A stretch of 64,000 bases of DNA. Source: an uncultured delta proteobacterium. Lineage in GTDB: Bacteria; Desulfobacterota; Zymogenia; Zymogenales; Zymogenaceae. Below are positions 1-10,034 of the stretch, piece by piece. The stretch is from assembly GCA_963735595.1 (NCBI GenBank), contig CAVTLK010000001.1:611591-675590 (forward strand), in the 5' to 3' direction. How positions within the stretch are numbered: position 1 is the stretch's first letter; every line of letters begins with the position of its first letter. A program made the position numbers and the translations under genes. The notes under the pieces are model-generated. The model saw nothing but the letters and a program-made list of their open reading frames with translations. It was not told where the DNA came from and ran no database searches.

Positions 1-441
1 ATCCTCAAACCGCAGGGCGGCCCGAAAGGAGCCGCCGGCGCGAATCATAAACAGGACGGCCATTGGGACAATAAATGCCGACGAGAGAAAGAGGATTGCG
101 CTCAGTATAAGGAACACAAAGCCGATGTTCACGGCAATTACGTGGGGAATGACGAGGATGAAAAACAGGCCGAGCGAAAATGGAACGAGTGATACCAACC
201 CGTATACGAAAAATATTCCCAGACCTTTAATCCCCAGCAGCAGGAGCCCGATAAAATCCTCCCACCGGCCGATCTCCGTAGCCCCTTCCATGACATCCCG
301 GGTGCTTCGTATCGCGTATCCCGCGGCGCTGAGACTGCCCAGGAGCGGGACCAGGCTTATCGCGCAGCCCAGGAGGAACCGCTTCGGGTACTTTTCCCCG
401 ATAAAGGGATATTTGAACGCACAGACTATTTCAGACCACAT
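1..441 (-). CDS. DUF4013-like membrane protein (3' end truncated by window edge)
   Basis: Not in the ORF track; translated manually from ATG at 441: MWSEIVCAFKYPFIGEKYPKRFLLGCAISLVPLLGSLSAAGYAIRSTRDVMEG...IGRWEDF...GIKG. The 'A.kYPF...k.llG....iP......GY' pattern and TM helices match DUF4013. Confidence 0.65.
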   Translation of the reverse strand, partial: MWSEIVCAFKYPFIGEKYPKRFLLGCAISLVPLLGSLSAAGYAIRSTRDVMEGATEIGRWEDFIGLLLLGIKGLGIFFVYGLVSLVPFSLGLFFILVIPHVIAVNIGFVFLILSAILFLSSAFIVPMAVLFMIRAGGSFRAALRFED

Positions 442-729
442 ATCTACTCAAATACGAAAGAGGTCGGCCCCTGCCACTTCACCTGCCGACCTCGTTAATT
501 TATAAATCGTAAATACTGTATCGCCCCGCCCCCAACCGTTTCCTCATGCGCGTCGCTTCCGCGCAGCTTTCCCGCCTTACCCTGCCTGGCTTACCCCTGC
601 CCCCTGCCCGTGCAATCCATCCTCGGCCGCCGCTCTCCTTGCCTGCCGCAGTCAAAAGCAGGAAATTCTTTTGACAATACCGTTGCATCGGCTAATTGTC
701 AAGGTAAAAGAATCGCTCGTATCGTGCCC

Positions 730-1173
730 TCACAGGGTATAGAGTTTCCGCTCCGAAATCAGATGTACCCAGTTTTGTGTCAGGATCGCTAGAGCCTCGT
801 CGATCTTATCCACCCCGAGGATCAGTATGGCGTTGTCCTTGATCCGTCCGATATAGGGATAGAGGTAATGGACATTGATCTGGGCGTCCCTCAGCGGCCT
901 GAGCACGGCATTGAGCCCTCCCGGGTGATCCGGGGTTTCTACGGCCAGCACCTCTCGCTGCCGGATGTTATACCCCTTGCTCTCAAGGACCAGTATCGCC
1001 TTGGCGGGATCGTCCACGATCATCCTTACCGTCGTGAGGTCGGACGTGTCGGCCACCGTAATGGCCCGGATATTGATTCCCTCCGCTCCGAGGACGTCCG
1101 AGAGGCCGGAAAGCTTACCGGGGATATTTTCCATGACCACCGAGATCTGTTTGATTCGCATATTTTTCGTCAT
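730..1173 (-). CDS. ACT domain-containing protein (tandem ACT)
   Basis: IKQISVVMENIPGKLSGLSDVLGAEGINIRAITVADT and TPDHPGGLNAVL...QINVHYLY are two ACT repeats. Confidence 0.85.
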   Translation of the reverse strand: MTKNMRIKQISVVMENIPGKLSGLSDVLGAEGINIRAITVADTSDLTTVRMIVDDPAKAILVLESKGYNIRQREVLAVETPDHPGGLNAVLRPLRDAQINVHYLYPYIGRIKDNAILILGVDKIDEALAILTQNWVHLISERKLYTL

Positions 1174-1187
1174 TAATTAGCTACCTG

Positions 1188-2483
1188 CTACAGGATTTCA
1201 AAACCTTTTCTCAGTGCGTCGGCGTTCATGTCGATGACTTTTTTCTTCCCCTCGAAGATTTCTCCGAGGCCCGCGACCAGGTTATCGAGGGTGACCAAAC
1301 CGGTCGTTCGCACAAATGCCCCGAGCATCACCATATTGGCCGTCCTCATATCGCCTAACTCCTCGGCGACCCTGCCTGCATCGATATTCACAACCTGGAT
1401 ATCCTGGCGGATCGGCACCTGGTCGATCATCGTCGTATTGATGAACAGGATTCCGCCCGATTGGAGCTTGTTCTCGAAGGCCTGGAGTGACGGCTTATTC
1501 ATCACGACGGCGTAATCGGGTGACGAAGCGATGGGAGACGCAATTTCCTCATCGGATATCGCCACCGTGCAGTTGGCGGTCCCTCCCCTTACTTCCGCAC
1601 CGTAAGACGGGAGATACGTCACCTCCCTGTCCTCCCGCATGGCCGCCACGGCAAATGCATAGCCCATCATGAGGACGCCCTGACCGCCGAAACCGGAAAA
1701 TACCGTCTTAATCAGCATCGGACGGCCTCCTTTCGGCGTGACGCCTTTAGTGGTGTCCTTGATGACCCCGATCGGGTATTCCTTGCTCATTACTTCGTCG
1801 ATCCACTTGCAGGAGGCCAGCGCCGTCATCTTCCAGTTCGTGGGACAGGGGGAAAGTACCTCCACGAGAGAGAAGCCCAGGCCTTCCTGCTGGATGGTGA
1901 ATGCCTTCTTGATGGCCTTCTTTGTCGCCCTGATGCCGGAAACCGAACTCACCGAGGTTCGCTCGACATAGACGGCTCCAGGCAACACCGCCAGCATCTC
2001 GCTTATCTTGAGGGGCGAGCCCTCCCTGTCGATGTCTCTTCCGAAGGGCGACGTCGTTGTCTTCTGCCCCAGGATGGTGGTGGGGGCCATCTGGCCTCCA
2101 GTCATCCCGTAGACGGCGTTGTTCATAAACACGGTGGAGATCCGCTCTCCCCGGTTTGCGGCGTGGACCGTTTCGGCGGTCCCGATTGCCGCCAGGTCTC
2201 CGTCGCCCTGGTAGGTAAAAACGAGGCGGTCGGGCAAAACCCGCTTGATCCCCGTCGCCACGGCAACGGCGCGCCCGTGGGCGGACTCGGTGGTATCTAC
2301 GTCGAGGTAGTTATAGGTTAGGACCGCGCATCCGGCCGGCGGGACGCATATCGTAATGTCAGCCACGTTCATCTGTTCGATGATCTCGGCGATCAGTTTG
2401 GTAACGATACTGTGGCCGCACCCCGGGCAGTAGTGCATGGGGACGGGTTTCAGGTATTTCGGGCGGGCATAGACCTTCTTCAT
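1188..2483 (-). CDS. 2-oxoacid:ferredoxin oxidoreductase beta (TPP-binding) + gamma subunits in one reading frame
   Basis: Beta part has YCPGCGH, YQGDGDLAAIG and NNAVYGMTGGQMAPTT; gamma part begins MLIKTVFSGFGGQGVL with YLPSYGAEVRGGTANC; VorA/KorBC-like. Confidence 0.9.
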   Translation of the reverse strand: MKKVYARPKYLKPVPMHYCPGCGHSIVTKLIAEIIEQMNVADITICVPPAGCAVLTYNYLDVDTTESAHGRAVAVATGIKRVLPDRLVFTYQGDGDLAAIGTAETVHAANRGERISTVFMNNAVYGMTGGQMAPTTILGQKTTTSPFGRDIDREGSPLKISEMLAVLPGAVYVERTSVSSVSGIRATKKAIKKAFTIQQEGLGFSLVEVLSPCPTNWKMTALASCKWIDEVMSKEYPIGVIKDTTKGVTPKGGRPMLIKTVFSGFGGQGVLMMGYAFAVAAMREDREVTYLPSYGAEVRGGTANCTVAISDEEIASPIASSPDYAVVMNKPSLQAFENKLQSGGILFINTTMIDQVPIRQDIQVVNIDAGRVAEELGDMRTANMVMLGAFVRTTGLVTLDNLVAGLGEIFEGKKKVIDMNADALRKGFEIL

Positions 2484-3562
2484 TTAGATCAACCCCTTCT
2501 GGTAATACTGCCGGGTGATGAGACGCTGCACCTCTACGGGCGTCGGGACGACCCCACCGGGACGGCCGTAGAAGTAGATCTCGGATTCGCCGTTGAGGGC
2601 AAGCCGTACGTCCTCTACCATCTGGCCGGCGCTCATCTCGAATACAAAGAAGAGCCCGACTGTGGCAGCCCGGCGGCTTATCACCTCCGAGGGAAACGGC
2701 CAGACGGTGATCGGCCTGATCAGCCCCACCCGCATTCCCTCGCTCCTGGCCCGTTTAACCGCCCCCTTGGCAATGCGCGCCGCCGTCCCGTAGGCTATCA
2801 CCGCCACCTTGGCGTCATCCATCATGAATTCTTCGTACTTCGTCTCGTTCTTTTCGATGATATGGTACTTACGCGAGAGCTTCCAGTTGAATTCCTCCAT
2901 CTCGTGAGGATTGAGAATGAGGGATTTAACGATACGGGAGGGTCTGCCTTTGGCCCCATTCAGGATGTAGTCCTTCGGGGGAATCTCTCGAGGCTTGTAG
3001 GTATCGTACGTCACCGGCTCCATCATCTGGCCGAGCATCCCGTCGGCAAGGATCATGACGGGATTACGGTAAACGTCGGCGACGTCAAATGCCTCCATCG
3101 TCAGATCGGCCAGTTCCTGGCAGGAGGCGGGGGCATAGACGACCGAACGATAGTCGCCGTGACCGCCGCCCCGGGTGGCCTGAAAATAGTCGGATTGGGC
3201 AGGAGATATGTTGCCGAGATCCGGGCCCTCCCACGCGCCATGTTCACGATGACACACGGCAGCTCGCATCCGGCCAGAAATGAGATCCCTTCCTGCTTGA
3301 GGCTGATGCCGGGGCTCGAGGATGAGGTCATTACCCGGGCCCCCGCGACTGAAGCGCCCAGTGCCATGTTGATGGCCGAGATCTCGCTCTCCGACTGAAT
3401 AAAGACGCCGCCGGTCTCGACAAGCCTCCGCGACATGTATTCGGGAAGCTGGTTCTGCGGGGTGATGGGATAGCCGAAGTAGCAGGTGCATCCCGCCTTG
3501 ATGGCGGCCTCGCCGACAACGGCGTTTCCCCGCATCAGTTTTTTGTCTTTATTTCTCGTCAC
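2484..3562 (-). CDS. vorB: 2-oxoacid:ferredoxin oxidoreductase alpha subunit (VorB-like), apparent frameshift near 3250
   Basis: [43 protein letters not shown] in ORF 3101-3562 continue as [18 protein letters not shown]...GRPGG in ORF 2484-3491. Confidence 0.88.
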
Positions 3563-3770
3563 GGTAGACCTCTATAGCCGCTTCTGGACAGGAAACCGCA
3601 CAAAGGGTGCAGGCCGTGCACCCTGTATCGTCGGACGGCTTGAATTCCGCGGGGTAATAACCCTTTGTATTAAGCCGGGTCGCCCCCGTAATGAGATCGT
3701 TTGGGCATGCCTCCACGCAATAGAGACACCCCTTACACAGTTCGATATCGATGATGATCTTTCCTTTCAC
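3549..3770 (-). CDS. 2x[4Fe-4S] ferredoxin, oxidoreductase delta subunit
   Basis: [12 protein letters not shown] and [16 protein letters not shown] motifs; GTG start at 3770 assumed. Confidence 0.88.
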   Translation of the reverse strand: MKGKIIIDIELCKGCLYCVEACPNDLITGATRLNTKGYYPAEFKPSDDTGCTACTLCAVSCPEAAIEVYRDEK

Positions 3771-4036
3771 GGCATGTCCAAAAATTGTGTAATTAAACAT
3801 TTTAAATGATTTCAAATAATTATGTCAAGCATTTTTTCCCTTTTTATACGGTTTTACCGCAGACTACCCACGATCCCCCCCGTAGTCTACAACACCCGTT
3901 TCCGCTATATGCGGCCGGTTGTGTCCCTCATCCTGAGCAACACGATCAGGCGCGAATTCCTTCCCTCCTTGCTTTTCTGCGGTTTTCGTACTATCATGAG
4001 ATAGCTGACAATAACCCCTCGGAGAGACGGACTGCC

Positions 4037-5524
4037 ATGACAAAAAACTTCACCGCCCAGCTCAATTCGATCTTCTATCCGGAGAGCGTGGCCGTAATCG
4101 GCGCCAGCAACAGATTCGCCAAGTGGGGCTCCTTCATCATGTCCCATATGCTGTCGGGAGGGTATCAGGGTCGGGTTTACCCCATAAACCCGAAGGAAAA
4201 AGAGATATACGGGAAAAAGGTCTACACAAGATCGGGGCCGTCCCGGAGAGGGTGGACCTTGCCGTCATCACTACGCCCGCCGAATCGATACTCGATGTTA
4301 CGTCGGCAGTGTATTGAGAAAAAGGTCGGCGGCATGGTCGTCATCACCTCGGGATTTTCCGAGACCGGCGCGGACGGTAAAGTGATAGAGCGTGATCTGA
4401 TTGACCTCGTTTCGTCGGCCCAAATCCCAACGGTCGGTCCCAATACCATGGGAGTGATGTGCACCCAGAAGAAACTGTTCGCCCTGGGCGCACCACTCTA
4501 TCCCCGCAGGGGAGACATCTCTTTCATCTCGCAGAGCGGCAATATCGGCAATCAGATGCTCGAATGGGCCGAGGAACACGGTGTCGGGATGAGCAAGTTC
4601 GTCGGGTCCGGCAACGAAGGTATCGTTCGAAAAGACCACTATCTCGAATACCTTGCGGAGGACCCGGATACCAAGGTTATTCTCGTCTATCTCGAGGGTA
4701 TTGCCGACGGCCACCGGTTCCTGGAAATCGCCGAAAAGACCTCGGTAAAGAAACCCATTATCGCCCTCAAGGGCGGGCGAACGGAGGCCGGCGGCGAGGC
4801 CGCCCGCTCGCACACCGGGTCGATGGCCGGAAACAGCGCCATCTTTACGTCCGCCTTCCGCCAGACCGGGGTCATCGAGGCGAGGAACCCCACCGACATG
4901 CTGGACTATTCCATGGCGCTGGCCAACCTGCCCCTGCCCCGGGGTAATCGGGTCGGGGTGATCACGTTCGGCGGTGGGTGGGGCGTTGTCGCCTGTGACG
5001 CGATCGTGGAACAGGGTATGACCGTGGCAATCCTCGGACAGGATGTCATCGAGAAGCTGGATAAAGTCCTGCCGCCTTTCTGGAGCAGGAGAAATCCGGT
5101 GGACCTTGTCGGACAAATTAATCCGGAGGCATTCATCGAATCCGTAAAACTGGTAACGTCTTCACCCGACGTGGACGCGGTCGTCTGCCTGGGGATCGTC
5201 GGGGTATCCAGTATGGGCATCCGCTCATTTACCGCGTCGGCGACAGCCGCCGATCTTGACAACATCGAATACGCCGTCCGAAAGGCTCGGGACAAGCTCT
5301 TCACCATCGAGCGGGGCTTCCTCAATGAGGTCAACGACATCATGAACCAGACCCATAAGCCGGTTATCAACGTCTCTCTGTACGCCGGCGGCACCAGGGA
5401 GCGTTACCAGTCTAAAACCGGCTACTCCGAGGTGGTGTATACAACACCCGAAAAGGCGGTCGAGTCCCTCGTGGCCATGTACCATTACTACCTGCATCTC
5501 AAGGGACACGATATGGTAGACTAG
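4037..5524 (+). CDS. Acetate/acyl-CoA ligase (ADP-forming) alpha subunit, CoA-binding; compensating indels at about 4230-4310
   Basis: IFYPESVAVIGAS, GPNTMG, FISQSG, KGGRTEAGGEAARSHTGSMAG, NPVDL; the alternative frame restores VPERVDLAVITTPAESI. Confidence 0.88.
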   Translation: MTKNFTAQLNSIFYPESVAVIGASNRFAKWGSFIMSHMLSGGYQGRVYPINPKEKEIYGKKVYTRSGPSRRGWTLPSSLRPPNRYSMLRRQCIEKKVGGMVVITSGFSETGADGKVIERDLIDLVSSAQIPTVGPNTMGVMCTQKKLFALGAPLYPRRGDISFISQSGNIGNQMLEWAEEHGVGMSKFVGSGNEGIVRKDHYLEYLAEDPDTKVILVYLEGIADGHRFLEIAEKTSVKKPIIALKGGRTEAGGEAARSHTGSMAGNSAIFTSAFRQTGVIEARNPTDMLDYSMALANLPLPRGNRVGVITFGGGWGVVACDAIVEQGMTVAILGQDVIEKLDKVLPPFWSRRNPVDLVGQINPEAFIESVKLVTSSPDVDAVVCLGIVGVSSMGIRSFTASATAADLDNIEYAVRKARDKLFTIERGFLNEVNDIMNQTHKPVINVSLYAGGTRERYQSKTGYSEVVYTTPEKAVESLVAMYHYYLHLKGHDMVD

Positions 5525-5660
5525 CCGCCGCCCTCCCACGAAAACTGTCGACGGCTTTTCACCGGTCACCGGCGGATTCGGGCGGTATCGAGCGCACCGG
5601 ATATCGATTTCGCCCCGCGTACGCGGTTGCGGCTTCCGGAACGGTGCCTTTTTGACAAAT

Positions 5661-5697
5661 AAAAAAGGAAGAGGGAAATGTTCCCTCTTCCTTTTTT
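5661..5697. terminator. Bidirectional rho-independent terminator
   Basis: AAAAAAGGAAGAGGGAA-ATG-TTCCCTCTTCCTTTTTT perfect hairpin between the convergent acyl-CoA ligase and tRNA-Ala. Confidence 0.85.
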
Positions 5698-5705
5698 GCT
5701 TTAAA

Positions 5706-5781
5706 TGGTGGAGATGATGGGACTCGAACCCACGACCTCAGCGTTGCGAACGCCGCGCTCTCCCAGCTGAGCTACATCCCC
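5706..5781 (-). tRNA. tRNA-Ala(CGC)
   Basis: GGGGATGTAGCTCAGCTGGGAGAGCGCGGCGTTCGCAACGCTGAGGTCGTGGGTTCGAGTCCCATCATCTCCACCA; anticodon loop TT-CGC-AA, encoded CCA. Confidence 0.96.
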
Positions 5782-6106
5782 ACTGCTTTTTTATGTAGCA
5801 CCTATCAGATTTTTTGTCAATAGTTTGTTTTACCGCCGCACGTTTCGCGCACCGTTGCGGCAGAATTCGCCCGGACTGCTCGTAAATGGATCTAACCCGA
5901 ATCGATGGATAGGGTCATGGAACGTGTGTACCCTCTTTTTTTCGGCCCAACCCCTGCCCTTCACGCGGTTAAGCATTTCGCCCGGTGGAATGATTGCACC
6001 TGTCATATGCGGCCAGACCGTGTTGCGTTCGACGGCGCCAAGCCGAGCGTCTAATAACTATATCTTGATTTCCTCGAAAATAGTTATTAAAATGTACCGA
6101 AATATA

Positions 6107-6136
6107 TTGACTATTAATAGTTAAATGCGATATTAT
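6107..6136 (+). promoter_or_regulatory. Sigma70-like promoter of the PadR gene overlapped by a near-perfect palindrome (putative operator)
   Basis: TTGACT-18 nt-TATTAT; TTGACTATTAATAGTTAA (6107-6124) is palindromic with one mismatched pair. Confidence 0.55.
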
Positions 6137-6189
6137 ATAGTCCAATATATCTTTTATATTATCCTAATTTAACTATCCGGGTGTGAAGA

Positions 6190-6711
6190 ATGCTTAAATT
6201 AATCCTCATGGGGCTTCTCATCAAGGGAGATAATCACGGGTATAACCTGCGTAAAATGATCGAGAAGGACCTTTCTAACCTGATCAACGTAGATAACACC
6301 TCTATCTACTACACGCTCAATAAGATGGAAAAGGAGGGGCTGGTTACGTTTAAGATCATCTCCGATACGAAACGTCCGCAAAAGAACCTCTATTCCCTCA
6401 CTGATAGGGGAAGAAAGGAATTTCGAGAACTCCTCCTTTCCAATATGAGCGACAACCGGCGCCCACTGTTAAACATCGATATTTCCCTCTATTTTATCGA
6501 TATGCTCGACAAGCAAGAGGCAATCGATAAGCTCACCGAACGATCCCGTGAGTTGAGAAAGCTGATCTTTTTTATGAAAGCACAACAGCGATCCGCCGAA
6601 ACCGGAGATCCCAAGGGCAAGGAGTCCATCATTATCTCGCACAATATCAAACTGGCCGAGACCGAGCTTCTGTTCCTCAAAGATGTCGCCGAGACGATTA
6701 AAGAGAAGTAA
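6190..6711 (+). CDS. PadR family transcriptional regulator
   Basis: ILMGLLIKGDNHGYNL...SIYYTLNKMEKEGLV...KNLYSLTDRGRKEF winged helix plus helical C-terminal domain. Confidence 0.92.
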   Translation: MLKLILMGLLIKGDNHGYNLRKMIEKDLSNLINVDNTSIYYTLNKMEKEGLVTFKIISDTKRPQKNLYSLTDRGRKEFRELLLSNMSDNRRPLLNIDISLYFIDMLDKQEAIDKLTERSRELRKLIFFMKAQQRSAETGDPKGKESIIISHNIKLAETELLFLKDVAETIKEK

Positions 6712-7135
6712 TCCGGATTGCCCGGAGGGTATATCTCTGCGTCGATCTCGATACCCGGAGTGCGTCTATCCGATTTATCGGAGCAAAGAGGGCACCGGCT
6801 GATCCCTGCCTCCCGCCGTGATATCTGATCCCCTCCCTTTACCGCCGCGCTTGTGCCAAACCGTCGACCTATCGTGACCGTCCCCGGGGGATACGGCGCT
6901 TCCATAACGTAATCACACCGGTCGGTCGCTGATCGCTTAATCCTGCGCCCCACCTCCCCCGTCTCTCTGCGCCGCTCCTTTCTCCCGGCTGATAGGCGGT
7001 ATGCCGGAAGCCTACCCCAGCGCAGTTGACTGATTCATCCTCCCGAATAGTACCCGGTTACCTGGTGTTTTCGAGTCGGCAGTAGTAATTCGAAGGGCGA
7101 CGGACCTACTATTTTGTTGAATATTTTCCCAAAAT

Positions 7136-7153
7136 AAGTTAAATAGTTAACTT
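7136..7153. promoter_or_regulatory. Inverted repeat upstream of the acyl-CoA ligase (putative PadR operator)
   Basis: AAGTTAA-ATAG-TTAACTT; shares AATAGTTAA with the palindrome at 6107-6124. Confidence 0.45.
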
Positions 7154-7185
7154 AAAGTAGTTTGCTTCTTTACGGAGAAGACAAT

Positions 7186-8709
7186 ATGAATATCAGACAA
7201 GAGCTTAAGAAATCGGCCGAAAGGCTTCCCGGTAAGAACGGCGTTATCTACGGAGCACAAAAGATTACTTTTCCACAGCTCAAGGATAACGCCTTCAGGA
7301 TCGCCTCCGCCCTGGGAAAATCGGGCGTCAAGAAGGGGGACAAAGTCCTCACCTACCTCCCCAATACCCCCGAGTTTGTGGAGATTTATCTCGGCGCGCT
7401 TTCGGCGGGTGTGATTTGCGTACCCATCGATTTCCGCATAATCGGCGATGAACTTAAACATATCATTGCCGATTCGGATGCGTCGATCATCCTGACCACC
7501 GTGGACATGGCAAAACCGATTAAGGCCGTCGGCGACCTTCCGCCTCGCGTCAAAAAGCTTGTTATCATCGGGCAGGGCGATAAATCTCCAGACACGGACT
7601 ACACCGATTTCATTACCTCCGGCGAAACAAGCGAGCCGACCGTCCCTATTTCCGACGATGACGAAGCGCTCTATCTCTACACCTCCGGCAGTACCGGCAG
7701 GCCCAAGGGCGTAATCCTCCAATATCGACATCTGGACCTCTTCCCCCAGTCCCTCAACGCGATTATTCCGGAACACTGCACCGTGGATACCGTTATGGCC
7801 TGTATTCTGCCGATGAGCCACATCACCGGCCCTATCCTCGTCAACACCCAGCTCAAATACGGCAATTCGCTGGTCATCTTCGAGAGCTGGCGGCCAGACA
7901 CCGTCTGGAAGGCCGTTGAACGCGAGAAGGTAAACCTCTTCAACAGCGTCCCGCCTATCAGCCAGATGCTGCTTGGCCGACCCCAAGCTCGAGCAGTATG
8001 ACCTCTCCTCACTGAAATATGTCTCGATGATGGGAATGAGCGTCCCCAAGGCCCTCATGGAGGAATACCGCAGGAGGATACCCCACCTCAAGGTCATCCA
8101 GGGCTACGGCCTCACGGAGACCTCCCCCCTGCTGACCCTCGTCCCCCTCAAGCACGCCGACGAGAAGCTCGGTTCGGTGGGAAAGGCCGTTCCGGGTGTC
8201 GAGATCAAGATCGTCGACGAAGACGGCCGCCCCGCAAAACCCGACACACCCGGCGAGATCGTCGTGAGGGGGCCGCAGATCATGAAGGGGTACTATAAAC
8301 ACCCCGAAGAGACAGCCACGGTGATCAAGGACGGATGGTTCTGGACCGGCGACCTGGGCAGGATCGACTCGGACGGTTTTATCTATCATCTTGGCCGATC
8401 TAAAGAGATCATCATCACCGGCGGTATCAATGTCTTCCCGGCGGAGGTGGAAAACGTGTTGGTTGCCCACCAGTCCGTCATGGACGCCGCCGTAGTCGGC
8501 ATTCCCGATCCGAAGCGCGGCGAGGTCCTGTCGGCCTTCGTGGTCAGGCGGCCCGGCAGTCGATCGTTACCGAGAACGATATCGTAAAATACTGCAGGGA
8601 GAAGATGGCCGACTATAAGGTTCCCAAGATGGTGCGATTCATCGAGGCGCTTCCGATGGTAGGTCCGGGGAAAGTGAATAAAAAAGTCCTTATGGAATCG
8701 GCGGGTTAA
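7186..8709 (+). CDS. Long-chain fatty acid--CoA ligase (ANL superfamily); apparent frameshifts near 7975 and 8560
   Basis: YTSGSTGRPKG (A3), QGYGLTET (A5), WFWTGDLG, GRSKEIIITGGINVFPAEVE, and KVPK...LPMVGPGKVNKK before the TAA at 8707-8709. Confidence 0.9.
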
Positions 8710-8715
8710 ATTATC

Positions 8716-9666
8716 ATGTCCCGTAGTTTCAGGAAATTCGAGCGTTTCGGGTCGACGATTGTATCCCTGCCCGCGCAACTCTTTCTCTATCTGGCTTTTC
8801 GGCTCCCCGAGCCTATCCTTCGAGTTTTCGCGGAGACATTCGGGCGGCTCTTCTGGCTCCTCGGCGTTCCCTGGCGGCGGCTGTCTATGCAAAACCTCCG
8901 GCTCGTCTATGGGGACGCACTCGCCGAAGGTGAATTGAGGAAGATTGCCAGAAAAAGCATGATCAATGTCGTTCGTATGATGGTCGAGATGACGGTATTC
9001 TTCCGCTATCCATATACTGCCGCCAAAGAAACGCCTGTCCGTGGAGAGGAATACCTTAAAGATGCGTTGCAGCAGGGAAGGCCCGTCCTTATGCTCGGCA
9101 GTCACGTGGGTAATTTTATCCTCATACTTTTCGCCCTCACGCAGCGCGGATACCCTATCCACTTCATATTTAAGCAGCCGCAGGCCAGCACATTTGGGGA
9201 TTACGTTGATAACCTCATCCGCGAGGCCAATCTCAATCCGATACACCTCAAACCCCGCAGCGAGGCGGTCAAACGTTCGCTCGGCGTCTTGAGGAATAAG
9301 GGTATCCTTTGGGTAGCGCTGGATCAGAATACGAGAGAAGGCGATGTGGGGGTACCCTTCTTCGGCGTCAAGGCCGCCACAGCCCGCGGACCCGCCGTAC
9401 TGGCACTGCGGACCGGCGCCGTCGTTCTTCCCGTCTATGTCAAAAGGGATAAATGGCTCAGACACACTATCATCATCAAGGAGCCGATCGATCTCGAATA
9501 CACGGGCGACAAAGAGGATGACATCGATAAAAATCTCCGCCATTTCAATGCGATAATCGAACAGGAAGTGCTCGAAAATCCGATGGAATGGTGGTGGCTT
9601 CATGAGCGGTGGAAACGGGCCCATCGCTACGCACAGGAAACGACCTCGGAACCCGAGGCCGATTGA
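8716..9666 (+). CDS. Lipid A biosynthesis acyltransferase-like (LpxL/HtrB, lysophospholipid acyltransferase family)
   Basis: N-terminal TM helix, HVGNF, ALDQN...VPFFG..A.TARGPA.LA.RTGA.VLP, P.EWWWLHERWK. Confidence 0.85.
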   Translation: MSRSFRKFERFGSTIVSLPAQLFLYLAFRLPEPILRVFAETFGRLFWLLGVPWRRLSMQNLRLVYGDALAEGELRKIARKSMINVVRMMVEMTVFFRYPYTAAKETPVRGEEYLKDALQQGRPVLMLGSHVGNFILILFALTQRGYPIHFIFKQPQASTFGDYVDNLIREANLNPIHLKPRSEAVKRSLGVLRNKGILWVALDQNTREGDVGVPFFGVKAATARGPAVLALRTGAVVLPVYVKRDKWLRHTIIIKEPIDLEYTGDKEDDIDKNLRHFNAIIEQEVLENPMEWWWLHERWKRAHRYAQETTSEPEAD

Positions 9667-9830
9667 AGCGCCGCGTCGCCGGGTATCCGCGGCCCCGGAG
9701 GCGGTTCGCCGGCTACGAAAGCGGTTACCATACTCCGCACGCTCCGGGATCACGGACCGGCACGGGCGAATGCGCCCAAGGATACGCCGCTGTTATCAGA
9801 TCGGGATTCCTCCCGATCGTTTCTTTTTTA

Positions 9831-9859
9831 TTGACAATATCGGAAAACGGCCATATTAT
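9831..9859 (+). promoter_or_regulatory. Sigma70 promoter of tRNA-Glu
   Basis: TTGACA-17 nt-TATTAT, 18 nt before the tRNA. Confidence 0.8.
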
Positions 9860-9877
9860 AGCAAAATTACTTTTCAC

Positions 9878-9953
9878 GGTCCCATCGTCTAGTGGTCTAG
9901 GATACTGGCCTCTCACGCCGGAGACACGGGTTCGAAACCCGTTGGGACTACCA
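9878..9953 (+). tRNA. tRNA-Glu(CTC)
   Basis: GGTCCCATCGTCTAGTGGTCTAGGATACTGGCCTCTCACGCCGGAGACACGGGTTCGAAACCCGTTGGGACTACCA; anticodon loop CT-CTC-AC. Confidence 0.96.
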
Positions 9954-9978
9954 AAAACCGCCTCCTCAGGGCGGTTTT
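9954..9978 (+). terminator. Rho-independent terminator after tRNA-Glu
   Basis: AAAACCGCC-loop-GGCGGTTTT. Confidence 0.75.
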
Positions 9979-10034
9979 CGGCTTTTACAGAATCCCTCTT
10001 CCATAAAGAGGGTTTTTTATTTGTATTGGAGATG

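Noticed and set aside
6489-6953. Small zinc-ribbon protein (CPLC) antisense to the padR 3' end
   Set aside because: It overlaps padR, has no RBS or second CxxC pair, and has low-information composition.
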